Origin: Tepidisphaera sp.
GTDB lineage: Bacteria; Planctomycetota; Phycisphaerae; Phycisphaerales; UBA1924
NCBI GenBank assembly: GCA_050916045.1
Contig: CP051526.1
Coordinates: forward strand, 1,920,001-1,984,000
DNA: 64,000 nucleotides
Direction of reading: 5' to 3'
Below the pieces are notes generated by a model. That model saw only the letters and a list, made by a program, of their open reading frames with translations, was not told the origin of the DNA and did not search any database. The translations under genes were made by a program, and so were the position numbers. This document shows, one piece after another, positions 37,711 through 47,170 of the stretch; the first letter of the stretch is position 1; the number at the start of each line of letters is the position of its first letter.

Positions 37711-38664
37711 ATGCTCGCGGTCCGCAGCGTTACGAAGTCGTTCGGCTCGATCCCCGCGGTGCGCGGGGTCTCCTTCGACATCGCGCCCGGGCAGGTCGTC
37801 GGCCTCCTAGGGCCCAACGGCGCCGGCAAGACCACCACGATCCGGATGATCACCGGCATGTTCCCCCCGGACTCCGGGACGATCTCCGTGGACGGAGCCG
37901 ACACGATCGAGGACTCGATCAAGGCCCGGCGGGCGATCGGGTACCTCCCCGAGTCCGCCCCGGCCTACGCCGAGATGTCCGTCGAGTCGCTGGTGGACTA
38001 CCGGGCGACCCTGTTTGGGATGCCCCGCCGCGAGCGTCGGGAACGCGTGGAGCGGGTCATCGAGCGGTGCTGGCTTTCCGATGTCCGCAAGCGGCGTGTC
38101 GGGCATCTCAGCAAGGGGTACCGGCAGCGTGTGGGCCTTGCGGCGGCCATCGTTCATGAGCCGAAGGTCCTGATCCTGGACGAGCCGTCGAACGGCCTGG
38201 ACCCAACGCAGATCGCGGAGATGAGGCGGCTGATCCGCGAGCTTGGGCGCGACCGGGCCGTGCTGGTCAGTTCGCACATCCTGCCCGAGGTTGAGAAGAC
38301 GTGCGACCGGGCGATCATCGTCATCCGCGGCACGGTGCGGGCGGACGGAACCCCGGAATCACTCACAAGCGACGGCCACGGGTTCAAACTGATGGCTTCG
38401 CACCCCTCGGCGGGGCCGAATGACCTTCGCGAGTTGCTCACGCCGCTTTGCGGGGCGACCGCCAGAGTTGCCGTGGAAAGCAGCGGGGACGGAATCCGAG
38501 CGACCGCCGCGGGCCCGGGGATCGATTCGGGCACGCTTGACGCGATCGGCAAGCAGCTCTTCGCTCGCGGGTGGACGGTGCGGGAACTCACGCCGTCGCG
38601 CCGCACGCTCGAAGCGGTCTTCTTGAGCTTGCTCGAGGACACCTCCGCGGGGAGGGACGCCTGA
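37711..38664 (+). CDS. ABC transporter ATP-binding protein (GldA-like)
   Basis: GPNGAGKTT, LSKGYRQR, LILDEP, SSHIL. Confidence 0.93.
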   Translation: MLAVRSVTKSFGSIPAVRGVSFDIAPGQVVGLLGPNGAGKTTTIRMITGMFPPDSGTISVDGADTIEDSIKARRAIGYLPESAPAYAEMSVESLVDYRATLFGMPRRERRERVERVIERCWLSDVRKRRVGHLSKGYRQRVGLAAAIVHEPKVLILDEPSNGLDPTQIAEMRRLIRELGRDRAVLVSSHILPEVEKTCDRAIIVIRGTVRADGTPESLTSDGHGFKLMASHPSAGPNDLRELLTPLCGATARVAVESSGDGIRATAAGPGIDSGTLDAIGKQLFARGWTVRELTPSRRTLEAVFLSLLEDTSAGRDA

Positions 38665-41516
38665 TGGGCGCTGCCTTCGCGGTCGCCCGCCGAGAATGGG
38701 CTTCGTTTTTTCGCGTGCCGCTGGGGTGGCTGACGCTGGCCGTCTTCGCGGTGGTGACGTCGTGGCTTTTCCTCCGAGGCGTGCTGGTGCCGGGCCAGCC
38801 GGCGTCGATGCGGCCGATCTTTTCGACGATGGGCTGGCTGCTTCTGCCGCTTGCACCGGCGATCTCGATGCGTCTGGTGAGCGAGGAGATCCGTTCGGGG
38901 ACGATCGAGCCACTCCAGACGAGCCCGGTGAGCGATTACGCGGTGGTCTTCGGGAAGTTTCTCGGGGCGCTTGGGTTCCTTCTTCTGCTGCTTGCGCCCA
39001 CGCTCGTTCACGCGGGGGTGCTTTGGGCAAGCGTGAACCCTGCTCCGGCCCCGACGCCGGACGTGGGCCCGATCCTGACGGGGTTTGTGAGCTTTGGCCT
39101 GCTCGCGGGGCTGTTCTTGTCGGTGGGGCTTCTGATCTCGACGCTGACGAGCAACCAGACGCTGGCGTTTCTTGGGTCGCTGATGGTCATTCTGGCGATG
39201 ATGGTGGCTCCGGATCTGGCGGTACAGTCGCTGGCGGGGGTCGAGGGGCGCGGGGCGGAACTCGGGGCGACCCTCGCGAAGGGGCTTCGGATCGGCGTGC
39301 GGCTCGAGGACTTCGCCAAGGGCGTGATCGATACGGGGCACATCGCGGCGTTCGTGGCGTGGACGCTTTTCTTCCTGGTCGCGGCTTCGGCGTCGCTGGA
39401 ATCGCGCCGGTGGCGTTCGCTTCGAAGCCTCAAGCGTGCGGTGCGGTTCGGTGGGGTGTCGGTGGTCCTTCTGGTCGCGACGCTGGTCTCGGCGATCCTC
39501 GCGACGACGCTCGCGGATCGGTTTGCGACACGGCTTGACGCGACGCGGACGGGTGAGCACCGCCTGACGGCGCGGACGTCCGAGGTGCTCCGCGATCTGG
39601 GGACGGACACCGAGATCATCATCGCGGCGGACTGGCTTGCGATGGAACGGCGCGTGCGGGAGGATCTGTCGGATGTTCTCGGCCGGTTCGCCCGCGAGTC
39701 GTCGCGTGTGCGGGCGCGACCGGTGGATTTCGCGTCCGCGGCGGGCCGAGCCGAGTATGCCTCCATTCTTCGAGACTCACGCTCACGCGAAGCCGGAGCT
39801 TTCTCGGCCGCGCAATCGGTGATCACGGACGCGCTCAAGACCCTGCCGACCATTCGCCAGGAGGTCACGGGAGTGACGCTTCCATCGGTCGAAGCGGTGC
39901 TCCAGTCGGTTCCGGATGCTTCGGGCTCTCTCGCGACGGCGGTCGCTCGCGTCCGTCAGGCTTGCGAGGGTGTGAATGCCTCGCTCCGTGCGGTCGCCCT
40001 CTCGGAGGAAGCGGCTCCGACGCTGCTTTCGCGTGCGATCGAAGGAGCGGAAGTCCCGGCGATCGACGAAGCGGGTGCGGCACTGCGAGCGGCGCTCGAC
40101 ACCGCGACGCAGCGTGCTCTCACGCTCGAGGGCGAGCTCCGAGCGCTGGCTTCGGCACAGCCGCGGGCCGCGACCAGCATCCGGCCCGTCGCCGACGCCG
40201 TTCGCTCGGGTCGTGAGCGTCTCGACACCGCCGCCGAGCCTCTCCGCCGGCTTCCCACGCTTGACACGCTCACCATCGCTTCGGCGGTGGGGCAGTCTTC
40301 GGCGCTGATCGTGCGTGTCCAAGCGCCGGCCGGCCCCGGGCGTGCCACCGTGAGAGCGATCCCCCTGGACCGCGTGGTTCGCGCGGGCGAGACAGATGTT
40401 CGCCGCCGGGCCGAATCCGAGATCGCGTCCGCGATTGTCGCCGCGACCAATCCGGCTCCGCCGATCGTCGTCTTCGTCTCGGCCGACCCTGCGATCGCTT
40501 CGGGCGTCCGGGTCTACGAGCAAGCTTCCCGCCGCGTCGCTCAGGCCGGCGGCGATGTTGTTTCCTGGGACCTCATCCTCTCCGCCGACCCTCCGAGCCT
40601 GAGCAATCTCAACCCGGACGGAAAGCGTCCCGTCGTCTACGTCATCCGCATGCCCGACCAGACCCAGCCTGCGTTCGGCCAGGTCGCAAGCGGGATCGAC
40701 CGCGCGGCCCGCGTCGCCGAGACCGCCGCGACGCTCCTCGATCAGGGCGCTTCACTTCTGGTTGGCGTGGCACCCGCCGTCCTGCCCAACGCCCGGCAGC
40801 CCGAAGCGGCCGATCGTCTCCTCACGCCGTTCAACCTTCGATCGCGGTCGGACCGAGTGCTGCTGCTCGAAACCCGGTCGGCGAACGGCACCGCGGTCGA
40901 CGTGATGCAAGCCGGGCGGCCCATAGCGGGCTTGGGGCAGGTCCACCCCTTCGCCGACGCGATCGCGGGATCAAGCTTTCTCATCCCTTGGGCAACCGGT
41001 CTGGAAGCCGTCGGTGCCGCTTCGCCGGTGCCGGAGCTTGTGATTGAGACGGGACAGCCGAGATCCTGGCGCGAAGCTCGCTGGATCGATCTCCGCCGTG
41101 CGATGGCGGAGGGGCGCTGGCCCCGCGTCATGCCGCAGTTCGACGCTTCGGAGGACGACCGCCCGGCGTCGCTCGCGGTTGTCGCGGCGGGGGAGCGTCT
41201 CCGCGAGGGCAAGGCTCAGCGTCTCGTGGCGGTCGCTTCGTCGGAATGGCTTGATGATTCGCTGGTCAGCCGGCGGATGAACGTGGATGGCCGCCCGGTG
41301 CCGGCGGCGGGGGGCAACCTCGAGATGTTCGACGCCGCGACGGCCTGGCTTGCGGGTCAGGAATCGCGTTCGCTCGCGGGCGCGGGGTCGCAGGGTGTGC
41401 CGATGGTGGGGCAGCTTTCAAGCGGCCGTCACGCGGGGATCCGTTGGGCCCTGCTTGCCGGGCTTCCCATCGGGATCCTCGCTTTGGGCGTCTTCTGGCG
41501 ATTCTGGCGCGGCTAG
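38664..41516 (+). CDS. ABC-2 permease fused to a GldG-like domain
   Basis: ARREWASFF, SMRLVSEEIRSGTIE, GKFLG, LDAT...HRLT..T, C-terminal TM; TGATG coupling to the ATPase gene. Confidence 0.82.
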   Translation: MGAAFAVARREWASFFRVPLGWLTLAVFAVVTSWLFLRGVLVPGQPASMRPIFSTMGWLLLPLAPAISMRLVSEEIRSGTIEPLQTSPVSDYAVVFGKFLGALGFLLLLLAPTLVHAGVLWASVNPAPAPTPDVGPILTGFVSFGLLAGLFLSVGLLISTLTSNQTLAFLGSLMVILAMMVAPDLAVQSLAGVEGRGAELGATLAKGLRIGVRLEDFAKGVIDTGHIAAFVAWTLFFLVAASASLESRRWRSLRSLKRAVRFGGVSVVLLVATLVSAILATTLADRFATRLDATRTGEHRLTARTSEVLRDLGTDTEIIIAADWLAMERRVREDLSDVLGRFARESSRVRARPVDFASAAGRAEYASILRDSRSREAGAFSAAQSVITDALKTLPTIRQEVTGVTLPSVEAVLQSVPDASGSLATAVARVRQACEGVNASLRAVALSEEAAPTLLSRAIEGAEVPAIDEAGAALRAALDTATQRALTLEGELRALASAQPRAATSIRPVADAVRSGRERLDTAAEPLRRLPTLDTLTIASAVGQSSALIVRVQAPAGPGRATVRAIPLDRVVRAGETDVRRRAESEIASAIVAATNPAPPIVVFVSADPAIASGVRVYEQASRRVAQAGGDVVSWDLILSADPPSLSNLNPDGKRPVVYVIRMPDQTQPAFGQVASGIDRAARVAETAATLLDQGASLLVGVAPAVLPNARQPEAADRLLTPFNLRSRSDRVLLLETRSANGTAVDVMQAGRPIAGLGQVHPFADAIAGSSFLIPWATGLEAVGAASPVPELVIETGQPRSWREARWIDLRRAMAEGRWPRVMPQFDASEDDRPASLAVVAAGERLREGKAQRLVAVASSEWLDDSLVSRRMNVDGRPVPAAGGNLEMFDAATAWLAGQESRSLAGAGSQGVPMVGQLSSGRHAGIRWALLAGLPIGILALGVFWRFWRG

Positions 41517-41876
41517 GAGCTTGCCGCGCGGCGGCCTCACCGCCGCATCCTCGCGGCCGCATTCCGGACACCGTGCCCCATCGTCGAGCCCTCGCATGTC
41601 GTATGAGCAGGTTCGGCAGGTCATCACCCGCTTGGCCGCCGGGAGCGCGAGGATGTACATCCCTCCCGCCAGCAAAAGCCCGCCATACGGGAAGAGAAGC
41701 ACCGCAACCAGCGGCGACCGACCGCCCCCCGCCGGCGAGAAGGAAAGCGTCAGAATCTCGGCAAGAAGGAACAGGCCCCCGACCCCGAGCAACACGGCGA
41801 CCACGCCTTGGATGGTCCGCCTGTAGCGAAAGGCGGCCCACCAGATCAGCACCGTGTACAGCCCGAAGATGAACAC
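41418..41876 (-). CDS. 3-TM membrane protein with C-terminal CxxC...CPEC zinc ribbon
   Basis: CRTCSYDMRGL...CPECG; GTG start inferred; overlaps the convergent gene by 99 bp. Confidence 0.65.
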   Translation of the reverse strand: MFIFGLYTVLIWWAAFRYRRTIQGVVAVLLGVGGLFLLAEILTLSFSPAGGGRSPLVAVLLFPYGGLLLAGGMYILALPAAKRVMTCRTCSYDMRGLDDGARCPECGREDAAVRPPRGKLLAAPESPEDAQSEDPDGKPGKQGPTDPRVTAA

Positions 41877-41921
41877 AGATTGATGGTAGCGGCCGCGCGA
41901 TGCCCGGGACAAAGCCCGGGG

Positions 41922-43022
41922 TTACCGGCCCGCTTTGAAGAACGTTCGGAGGGATTCGAGGATGTCTTCCTTCCCGTTGACCTTGGAGAGCAGGACCTTG
42001 GGGCCAAGCTCATCCGCCCGGCCGTCCTTGAACGCGTCCGCAAGCACGCCGTGGAACGACCCGCTCCCGTACGCCGAAGCGACCTGGCAGTAGCCGAACA
42101 TGTTCGATCGCGGGAGGAGGTCCTCGTCGATGATCTTGGTCGAGAGCCGGTTATCGGCATCGGAGGAGTTGTCACCGTCGGAGAAGTGGAACAGGTAGAT
42201 GTTCCACTCGCTGGGGTCGTACCGCTTTTCGAGAAGCTCCTTGCAGCACTGGTACGCGGAGGAGATCTTGGTGCCGCCGTCCTCTTTGACGGCGAAGAAG
42301 GTCTTCTTGTCGACCTCGCCGGCTTTCACGTCGTGGACGATGTAGCGGGACTCGATCCCTTCGTAGTTGCGGCGGATCCAGGTGTCGATCCAGAAGGCTT
42401 CGAGGCGGACGAGTTCCTTCTGCTCATCGCCCATGGAGCCCGAGACGTCCATCATGTAGATGATGCAAGCGTTGGACTGGGGCTTTTTGACCTCGTTCCA
42501 GGACCGGAAGCGGAGGTCGTTCTTGATGGGGATGATGACGGGGTTGTCGGGGTCGTAGGTGCCGGTTGAAATCTGCCGCTTGAGGGCTTCGCGATACGTG
42601 CGTTTGAAGTGTCGGAGGGCGGCGGGGCCGACAGGGCGGATGCCGGAGTACTTGTCGCGGAGGGTGGTGATTTTGTGCTGTCCGCGCGGCTGGATGCGAG
42701 GGAGCTTGAGTTCCTGGGCGAGGATGTCGGCCAGCTCTTCCATGCTGACGTCGACCTCGAGGATGTGCTTGCCTTCCTGCTCGCCGCCTTCGCCCTTGCC
42801 CGAACCGCCCTGGCCTTCGCCCTCGCCCATGCCGACGCCGGACTGGTTGTCGCCGTAGCGGAAGGTGGGGATGTCGATGTCGTGGACGGGGATGGAGACG
42901 GCTTTCTTGCCTTCGCGGCCGATGAGTTCACCGCGCGAGAGGAAGCGGCGGAGGTCCTTGCGGATCTTTCCGTGGACGATCTGCTTGAAGCGCTGATGGT
43001 CTTGTTCGATCTTGCTGACCAT
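41922..43022 (-). CDS. DUF444 (YeaH/YhbH) vWA-like family protein
   Basis: MMDVSGSMG, GGTKISSAY, WNIYLFHFSDGDN. Confidence 0.93.
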   Translation of the reverse strand: MVSKIEQDHQRFKQIVHGKIRKDLRRFLSRGELIGREGKKAVSIPVHDIDIPTFRYGDNQSGVGMGEGEGQGGSGKGEGGEQEGKHILEVDVSMEELADILAQELKLPRIQPRGQHKITTLRDKYSGIRPVGPAALRHFKRTYREALKRQISTGTYDPDNPVIIPIKNDLRFRSWNEVKKPQSNACIIYMMDVSGSMGDEQKELVRLEAFWIDTWIRRNYEGIESRYIVHDVKAGEVDKKTFFAVKEDGGTKISSAYQCCKELLEKRYDPSEWNIYLFHFSDGDNSSDADNRLSTKIIDEDLLPRSNMFGYCQVASAYGSGSFHGVLADAFKDGRADELGPKVLLSKVNGKEDILESLRTFFKAGR

Positions 43023-43195
43023 GACGGGCTTACGCCTCCCGCGTTCCGCGAGCGTTCGCACGCGGCATTCCCATGACAGAGGATGCGCACGCCGACCGGT
43101 TCCGGATGCACCCTAGTCATCGGACGTTCCGGGGCCCCGCGTGTGCATTTGCGGCGGGACCCGGGGGCCTCGCCACGTCCGAACGGGGGTTATCG

Positions 43196-43233
43196 AACAA
43201 AAACACGGCGGGGACCCGTCAAGGTCCCCGCCG
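43196..43233 (-). terminator. Intrinsic terminator of the dockerin-tailed gene
   Basis: CGGCGGGGACC-N6-GGTCCCCGCCG with TGTTTTT downstream on the minus strand. Confidence 0.75.
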
Positions 43234-43260
43234 CAAGCTCGTGTTGTCTGTCAAGCTGGA

Positions 43261-45753
43261 TTAGCAGCCGATCTCGAACGCGGCGACGAAGTCGTCGTAG
43301 TCGAAGAAGTCCAGGAAGCCGTCGTTGTTGAAGTCGGTGAGCTGGTTGCCGGTCTCGAACCCGAAGACGAAGTCGTCGTAGTCGAAGAAGTCGATGAACC
43401 CGTCGAGGTTGAAGTCCACCGGGCAGGTGCCGAGGATGTTGTAGAGCTCGGCCAGGTCGTCCGCGTTGACCTTCAGGTCGCCGGTGAGGTCGGCGGAGAG
43501 GTCAAAGCCGGAAGCTTCGTCGAGGCTCGCCCAGTCGGCGTCGCTGTCGCCGACGGAAGTGTTGCCGACGAACTGGGCCCGGATGTAGAGCAGGTCGTTG
43601 AGGTCGATCGTGCCGTCGGCACCGACCGGCGAGAAGCCGGGGGTGACCAGACCCGAGGCCTTCGCGATGTCAGCGCGGGAATCGCCGGCGTTGTACGCGG
43701 TGCCCGTGACCTTCGTCGTGCCGAAGAAGTTGCCGCCGAACGCGTTGTCGACCGCGGTGAACCCGGCCTTGCGGTCGAGCTTGCCGGAGACGAGGTGCAG
43801 GCCGTCGGCGAAGTAGCGGACGTCCTTGCTGTCGAAGGAGCCGTCGGCGTTGAAGTCGCCGACGATCTCGATCACGAAGCGAAGGCCGGAGCCGGCGCCG
43901 TAGATGCCGTCGGGAGCGGTCCAGGACGGGCCGCCGTTGCGGTGCTTCCACGCGGCGATCATGCCGGTCACGTCCGCGGGGGTGCGCTGACCGTTGCCGT
44001 TGAAGTCACCGGCGATCGTGTTGCGGACGTTGAGGACGGAGTCCTCGGAGACGGAAGAGCCGGCCATGTCGATGTAGTTGGCGCCCTGGGTGCCGTCGGA
44101 GTAGGTGCCCGAGCTGATGTTGAGGCGGCGGGGGGTGCGGCCGGCGGTGGTGTTGTTGAAGCTCGTGAACTCGGCGTTCGCGAGCTGGTTGTTGGCGAGG
44201 GTGTAGGAGTTGAGGTCAGCGTTGAACGCGCCGTTCACGTCCATCTGGGTGGGAATGGTCTGATTGTGGACGCGGCTGAGAGCCGGGGTCAGGATGAACT
44301 GCGTCGCGAGGTACTGGCCGGGCATGAAGTCGTTGTCGGGGTTGCCGACGCCGGCGACGAACGCTTCGGTCGAGCGGGTGATGTTGTTGACGTAGGCCGC
44401 GGCGTGCGGGTTGCGCATCCGGGGGTTGACGTTGCCGGCCTGACCGCCGAGCTCGTTCTGGTTGCGGGGGTCGCCGAGGGTGATGAGCACCGCGGGGCCG
44501 CCGACGGCGTAGTCGCCGCTGAGGACGTTCGCGATGGTCGGGCGGACGAACGTCGTGCCCGAGTAGGACCCGACGTTGTGCTTGATCGCGAGCAGTTCGC
44601 AGGCGTCACGCAGGAGCCAGGAGCCGGGGTAGGACCCGGTCACGCCCGTCTCGCCGCCGGCGTAGCCGATGGCGAGGCGGGAGTTCTGGACGGTGCGGAG
44701 GACGTTGCTGCCGCCGTTCTTGTTGCCGGGGACCCAGCGGCCGCCAGCTTCGTCCTCGGAAGCGCTGTTGGAGGGAGCGTTGGTGAGGCCGCCGACGTTG
44801 TCGCCGCCGCCCCAGGCGGGGTCGAAGGCGAGGGTGTTGCAGAACGCGTTGCGGGTGCCCGAGCCGACGTCACGCGTCACCGCCATAAGGTTTTCGCCCG
44901 AGGGGAGGCGGCCGGTGACGTACAGGTGGCGGAGTTCGGTCATCTCCATCTCGGAGCGGCCCACGCCGTAGTTCACCACCGCGACGATCGGGGCGAAGGT
45001 GAGGGGCGTGTCGAAGAGCGTGTCGCCGTTGGCGGCGCCGGGGTTCGCGGGGTTGAACAGGTTGCGGCCGTTCAGGCCCGGAAGGTTGCTCGCAAGGCCG
45101 CCGAGCGAGCCGTCGAGGCGGAGCGACGGCTTGTTCTTGCGGCCGTAACCCAAAGCGGTCGGGCCGGCGGTGGGGCTGGTCGGCTCGCCCGTGCGCTGCG
45201 TCGCCCACGTGGAGGAGACGTCGCAGGGGGCGACGTCGATGCGGATGCCGCCGCCGGAGAACGTGTTGTTGTTCGTCCGGAGCGCCTGGAGCGTCAGAAT
45301 GTCGCTCGTCACCGGCGCGGCGCCGGGGTTGCCCGCGTTCGAGGGCGTCTCGAGCACGCTGGCCGCCAGGTAGCGGTCGCCGTTGTAGTAGGCGTTGGAA
45401 GCCGCGGAGAGCAGGATGTCACCCGGCAGAGTCGCGAAGCTGCTGCCCCAGGTCGTGAGCTCGTTGAAACCGTTGATCGAGCCCGTCGCACGGTACTGCA
45501 CGGCCCAGCGCTGGGTCGGGCCGAACGGATCGATCGTCGCCGGCGCGAGCTGATCGATGCCCGCGCTGCCGAGGCTGCCGGCGATCCCGTCGCCGTCCAC
45601 GTCAAGCCAGTCGTTCGTCGAGGCCGGCACGCGGCTGAAGTTCTCGAGCAGCGTCGCGCCCGAAACGTTGATCACGAACGGCTGCGCCGTCGCGACCCCG
45701 CCCACTCCGCCGACAAGACCCATCGCCGCAAGAGCCAAGATCTTCTTTTCCAT
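43261..45753 (-). CDS. Secreted PstS-fold-like protein with dockerin-like repeats and a C-terminal GC-type dockerin tail
   Basis: Signal peptide; SGAT, GSING, RDVGSGT, AIGY; GDFNxxG repeats; CPVDFNLDGFIDFFDY...DFNNDGFLDFFDYDDFVAAFEIGC. Confidence 0.8.
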   Translation of the reverse strand: MEKKILALAAMGLVGGVGGVATAQPFVINVSGATLLENFSRVPASTNDWLDVDGDGIAGSLGSAGIDQLAPATIDPFGPTQRWAVQYRATGSINGFNELTTWGSSFATLPGDILLSAASNAYYNGDRYLAASVLETPSNAGNPGAAPVTSDILTLQALRTNNNTFSGGGIRIDVAPCDVSSTWATQRTGEPTSPTAGPTALGYGRKNKPSLRLDGSLGGLASNLPGLNGRNLFNPANPGAANGDTLFDTPLTFAPIVAVVNYGVGRSEMEMTELRHLYVTGRLPSGENLMAVTRDVGSGTRNAFCNTLAFDPAWGGGDNVGGLTNAPSNSASEDEAGGRWVPGNKNGGSNVLRTVQNSRLAIGYAGGETGVTGSYPGSWLLRDACELLAIKHNVGSYSGTTFVRPTIANVLSGDYAVGGPAVLITLGDPRNQNELGGQAGNVNPRMRNPHAAAYVNNITRSTEAFVAGVGNPDNDFMPGQYLATQFILTPALSRVHNQTIPTQMDVNGAFNADLNSYTLANNQLANAEFTSFNNTTAGRTPRRLNISSGTYSDGTQGANYIDMAGSSVSEDSVLNVRNTIAGDFNGNGQRTPADVTGMIAAWKHRNGGPSWTAPDGIYGAGSGLRFVIEIVGDFNADGSFDSKDVRYFADGLHLVSGKLDRKAGFTAVDNAFGGNFFGTTKVTGTAYNAGDSRADIAKASGLVTPGFSPVGADGTIDLNDLLYIRAQFVGNTSVGDSDADWASLDEASGFDLSADLTGDLKVNADDLAELYNILGTCPVDFNLDGFIDFFDYDDFVFGFETGNQLTDFNNDGFLDFFDYDDFVAAFEIGC

Positions 45754-45916
45754 GGAACATCTCCTTCCGTCCGATCACTTCTCCCAGAACCGGCGCGACG
45801 CACGCCGCACCGGCCTCGCACGCGCAAGCGGCCACCGGCGGCATTCGCCGCGACCGGTGCCGATCACTCGTCGAAAGCCGTCCGTCGGGCGTCAGCCGCG
45901 ACGGACGGTGGATACG

Positions 45917-47020
45917 TCAGTCCACGTTGAACGTCAGATCAACGCCGGTGTCATTGCCTTCGAGGCTCCAGACCTTGTCGCCCCAGAGCTGCTTGCGGAT
46001 CGAGTCCGCCACCGTCATGCGCTCGACGTGAGCATCGACGAACGCGAAGACCGTCGTGCCACCGAAGGCCTTGTCGCCGCCGGGGTGCATGCGGCCGACG
46101 CAGTTGAGCTCCGAGCCCGAACGCCACATGTCGTTGTCGAGAAGGTCGTTCCGGCGGAGCTCACCGTCCGCGATCGAGGGGTAGCGGAAAGCGTTGCGGC
46201 GGGCGGCCGGGGGCGCGTTGTAGATGTCGGTGCCGGTGCCGATGTTGACGAAGGGCATGACCGGACGATGGCTCTTGATCGTGCTCGCGCCCGCCTCGCC
46301 GCTCTCCAGGATCTTGTAGTTGTTCTTGTCGGAGAACTCGGTCATCAGGATCGTCTTGCTGGGGTTGGTGATCCACGCGTCCTGCACCAGACGGTTCTTG
46401 CGACCGCCGCCGGAAGAGAACAGCTTGTTGCGGGTGAAGATCGCGCCGTTGCCGGTGAATGCCATGCGGGGAGCCTGGCGATCGGTCGGCAGGCCGCTGG
46501 GCGTGCTCGAGCCCTGGTCGTTAACCTGCCCTTCCTCCCAGTTCGCGGAATCACCGCCCGGGTTGGACCGCGGGGCGCCCTTGTTCTGGGCCGTCGGCGA
46601 GCCCCACGAGTCCGGACCGGACTGGCCGCCGGCGATCAGGAAGCTGGACCAGTGCACGTACCCGTTCTGCGGGTTGGGGTTCGTCAACTGCTGGTCCTGC
46701 ACCCGCCAGAGGGTGGTGGTCTCGTCCGCGCCGTAGACGTACGACGGCGGGTAGACGGTCTTGGTGTCGACGATGTACATCGCCAGAGCCTGGCTGGCCC
46801 CGCGGGCCGTGGCGGCCGCCTTGATCGCCCGGGCTTCCGCTCGGGCTTTACCCAGCGAGGGAAGCAGAATGCCGATCAGCAGCGCGATGATCGCGATGAC
46901 GACCAGAAGTTCGATCAGCGTGAAACCGCGGGACTTCGCGGAAGGGGTGCGTCCGTGCACATTCGATTGCATCTTGCGCCGCATGTCGGTTGCTCCGTGC
47001 GCGTCACGGGTGAGGTCCAC
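45917..47020 (-). CDS. Prepilin-type N-terminal cleavage/methylation protein with H-X9-DG-like C-terminus (DUF1559-like; start may be 46972)
   Basis: G|FTLIELLVVIAIIALLIGILLPSL; RMH...FAFVDAHVE. Confidence 0.9.
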   Translation of the reverse strand: MDLTRDAHGATDMRRKMQSNVHGRTPSAKSRGFTLIELLVVIAIIALLIGILLPSLGKARAEARAIKAAATARGASQALAMYIVDTKTVYPPSYVYGADETTTLWRVQDQQLTNPNPQNGYVHWSSFLIAGGQSGPDSWGSPTAQNKGAPRSNPGGDSANWEEGQVNDQGSSTPSGLPTDRQAPRMAFTGNGAIFTRNKLFSSGGGRKNRLVQDAWITNPSKTILMTEFSDKNNYKILESGEAGASTIKSHRPVMPFVNIGTGTDIYNAPPAARRNAFRYPSIADGELRRNDLLDNDMWRSGSELNCVGRMHPGGDKAFGGTTVFAFVDAHVERMTVADSIRKQLWGDKVWSLEGNDTGVDLTFNVD

Positions 47021-47170
47021 GTTCCTCTTCCTTGACTGCGGCGAAGACTAACCCGCGTGTCGGATTTCTGTGTCAGGGTCGCGCTCGGGCGGCGCAAAGA
47101 CCGCGAAGCGCCGAACGAATCTTTGCGCACGCTTAGCAAGCTCTGAGGCGAATACCCCAGACGCCGCGCC

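Noticed and set aside
41418..41516. 99-bp convergent gene overlap (and the 51-bp overlap at 7159-7209) as antisense regulation
   Set aside because: The overlapping tails are low-information, and stop-codon scarcity in high-GC DNA explains them.
43141..45930. 929-aa + strand ORF and other long antisense ORFs (e.g. 19593-21692, 15246-17189, 54718-56529, 3297-4838)
   Set aside because: They are shadow frames of well-supported genes in high-GC DNA and carry no recognisable motifs.
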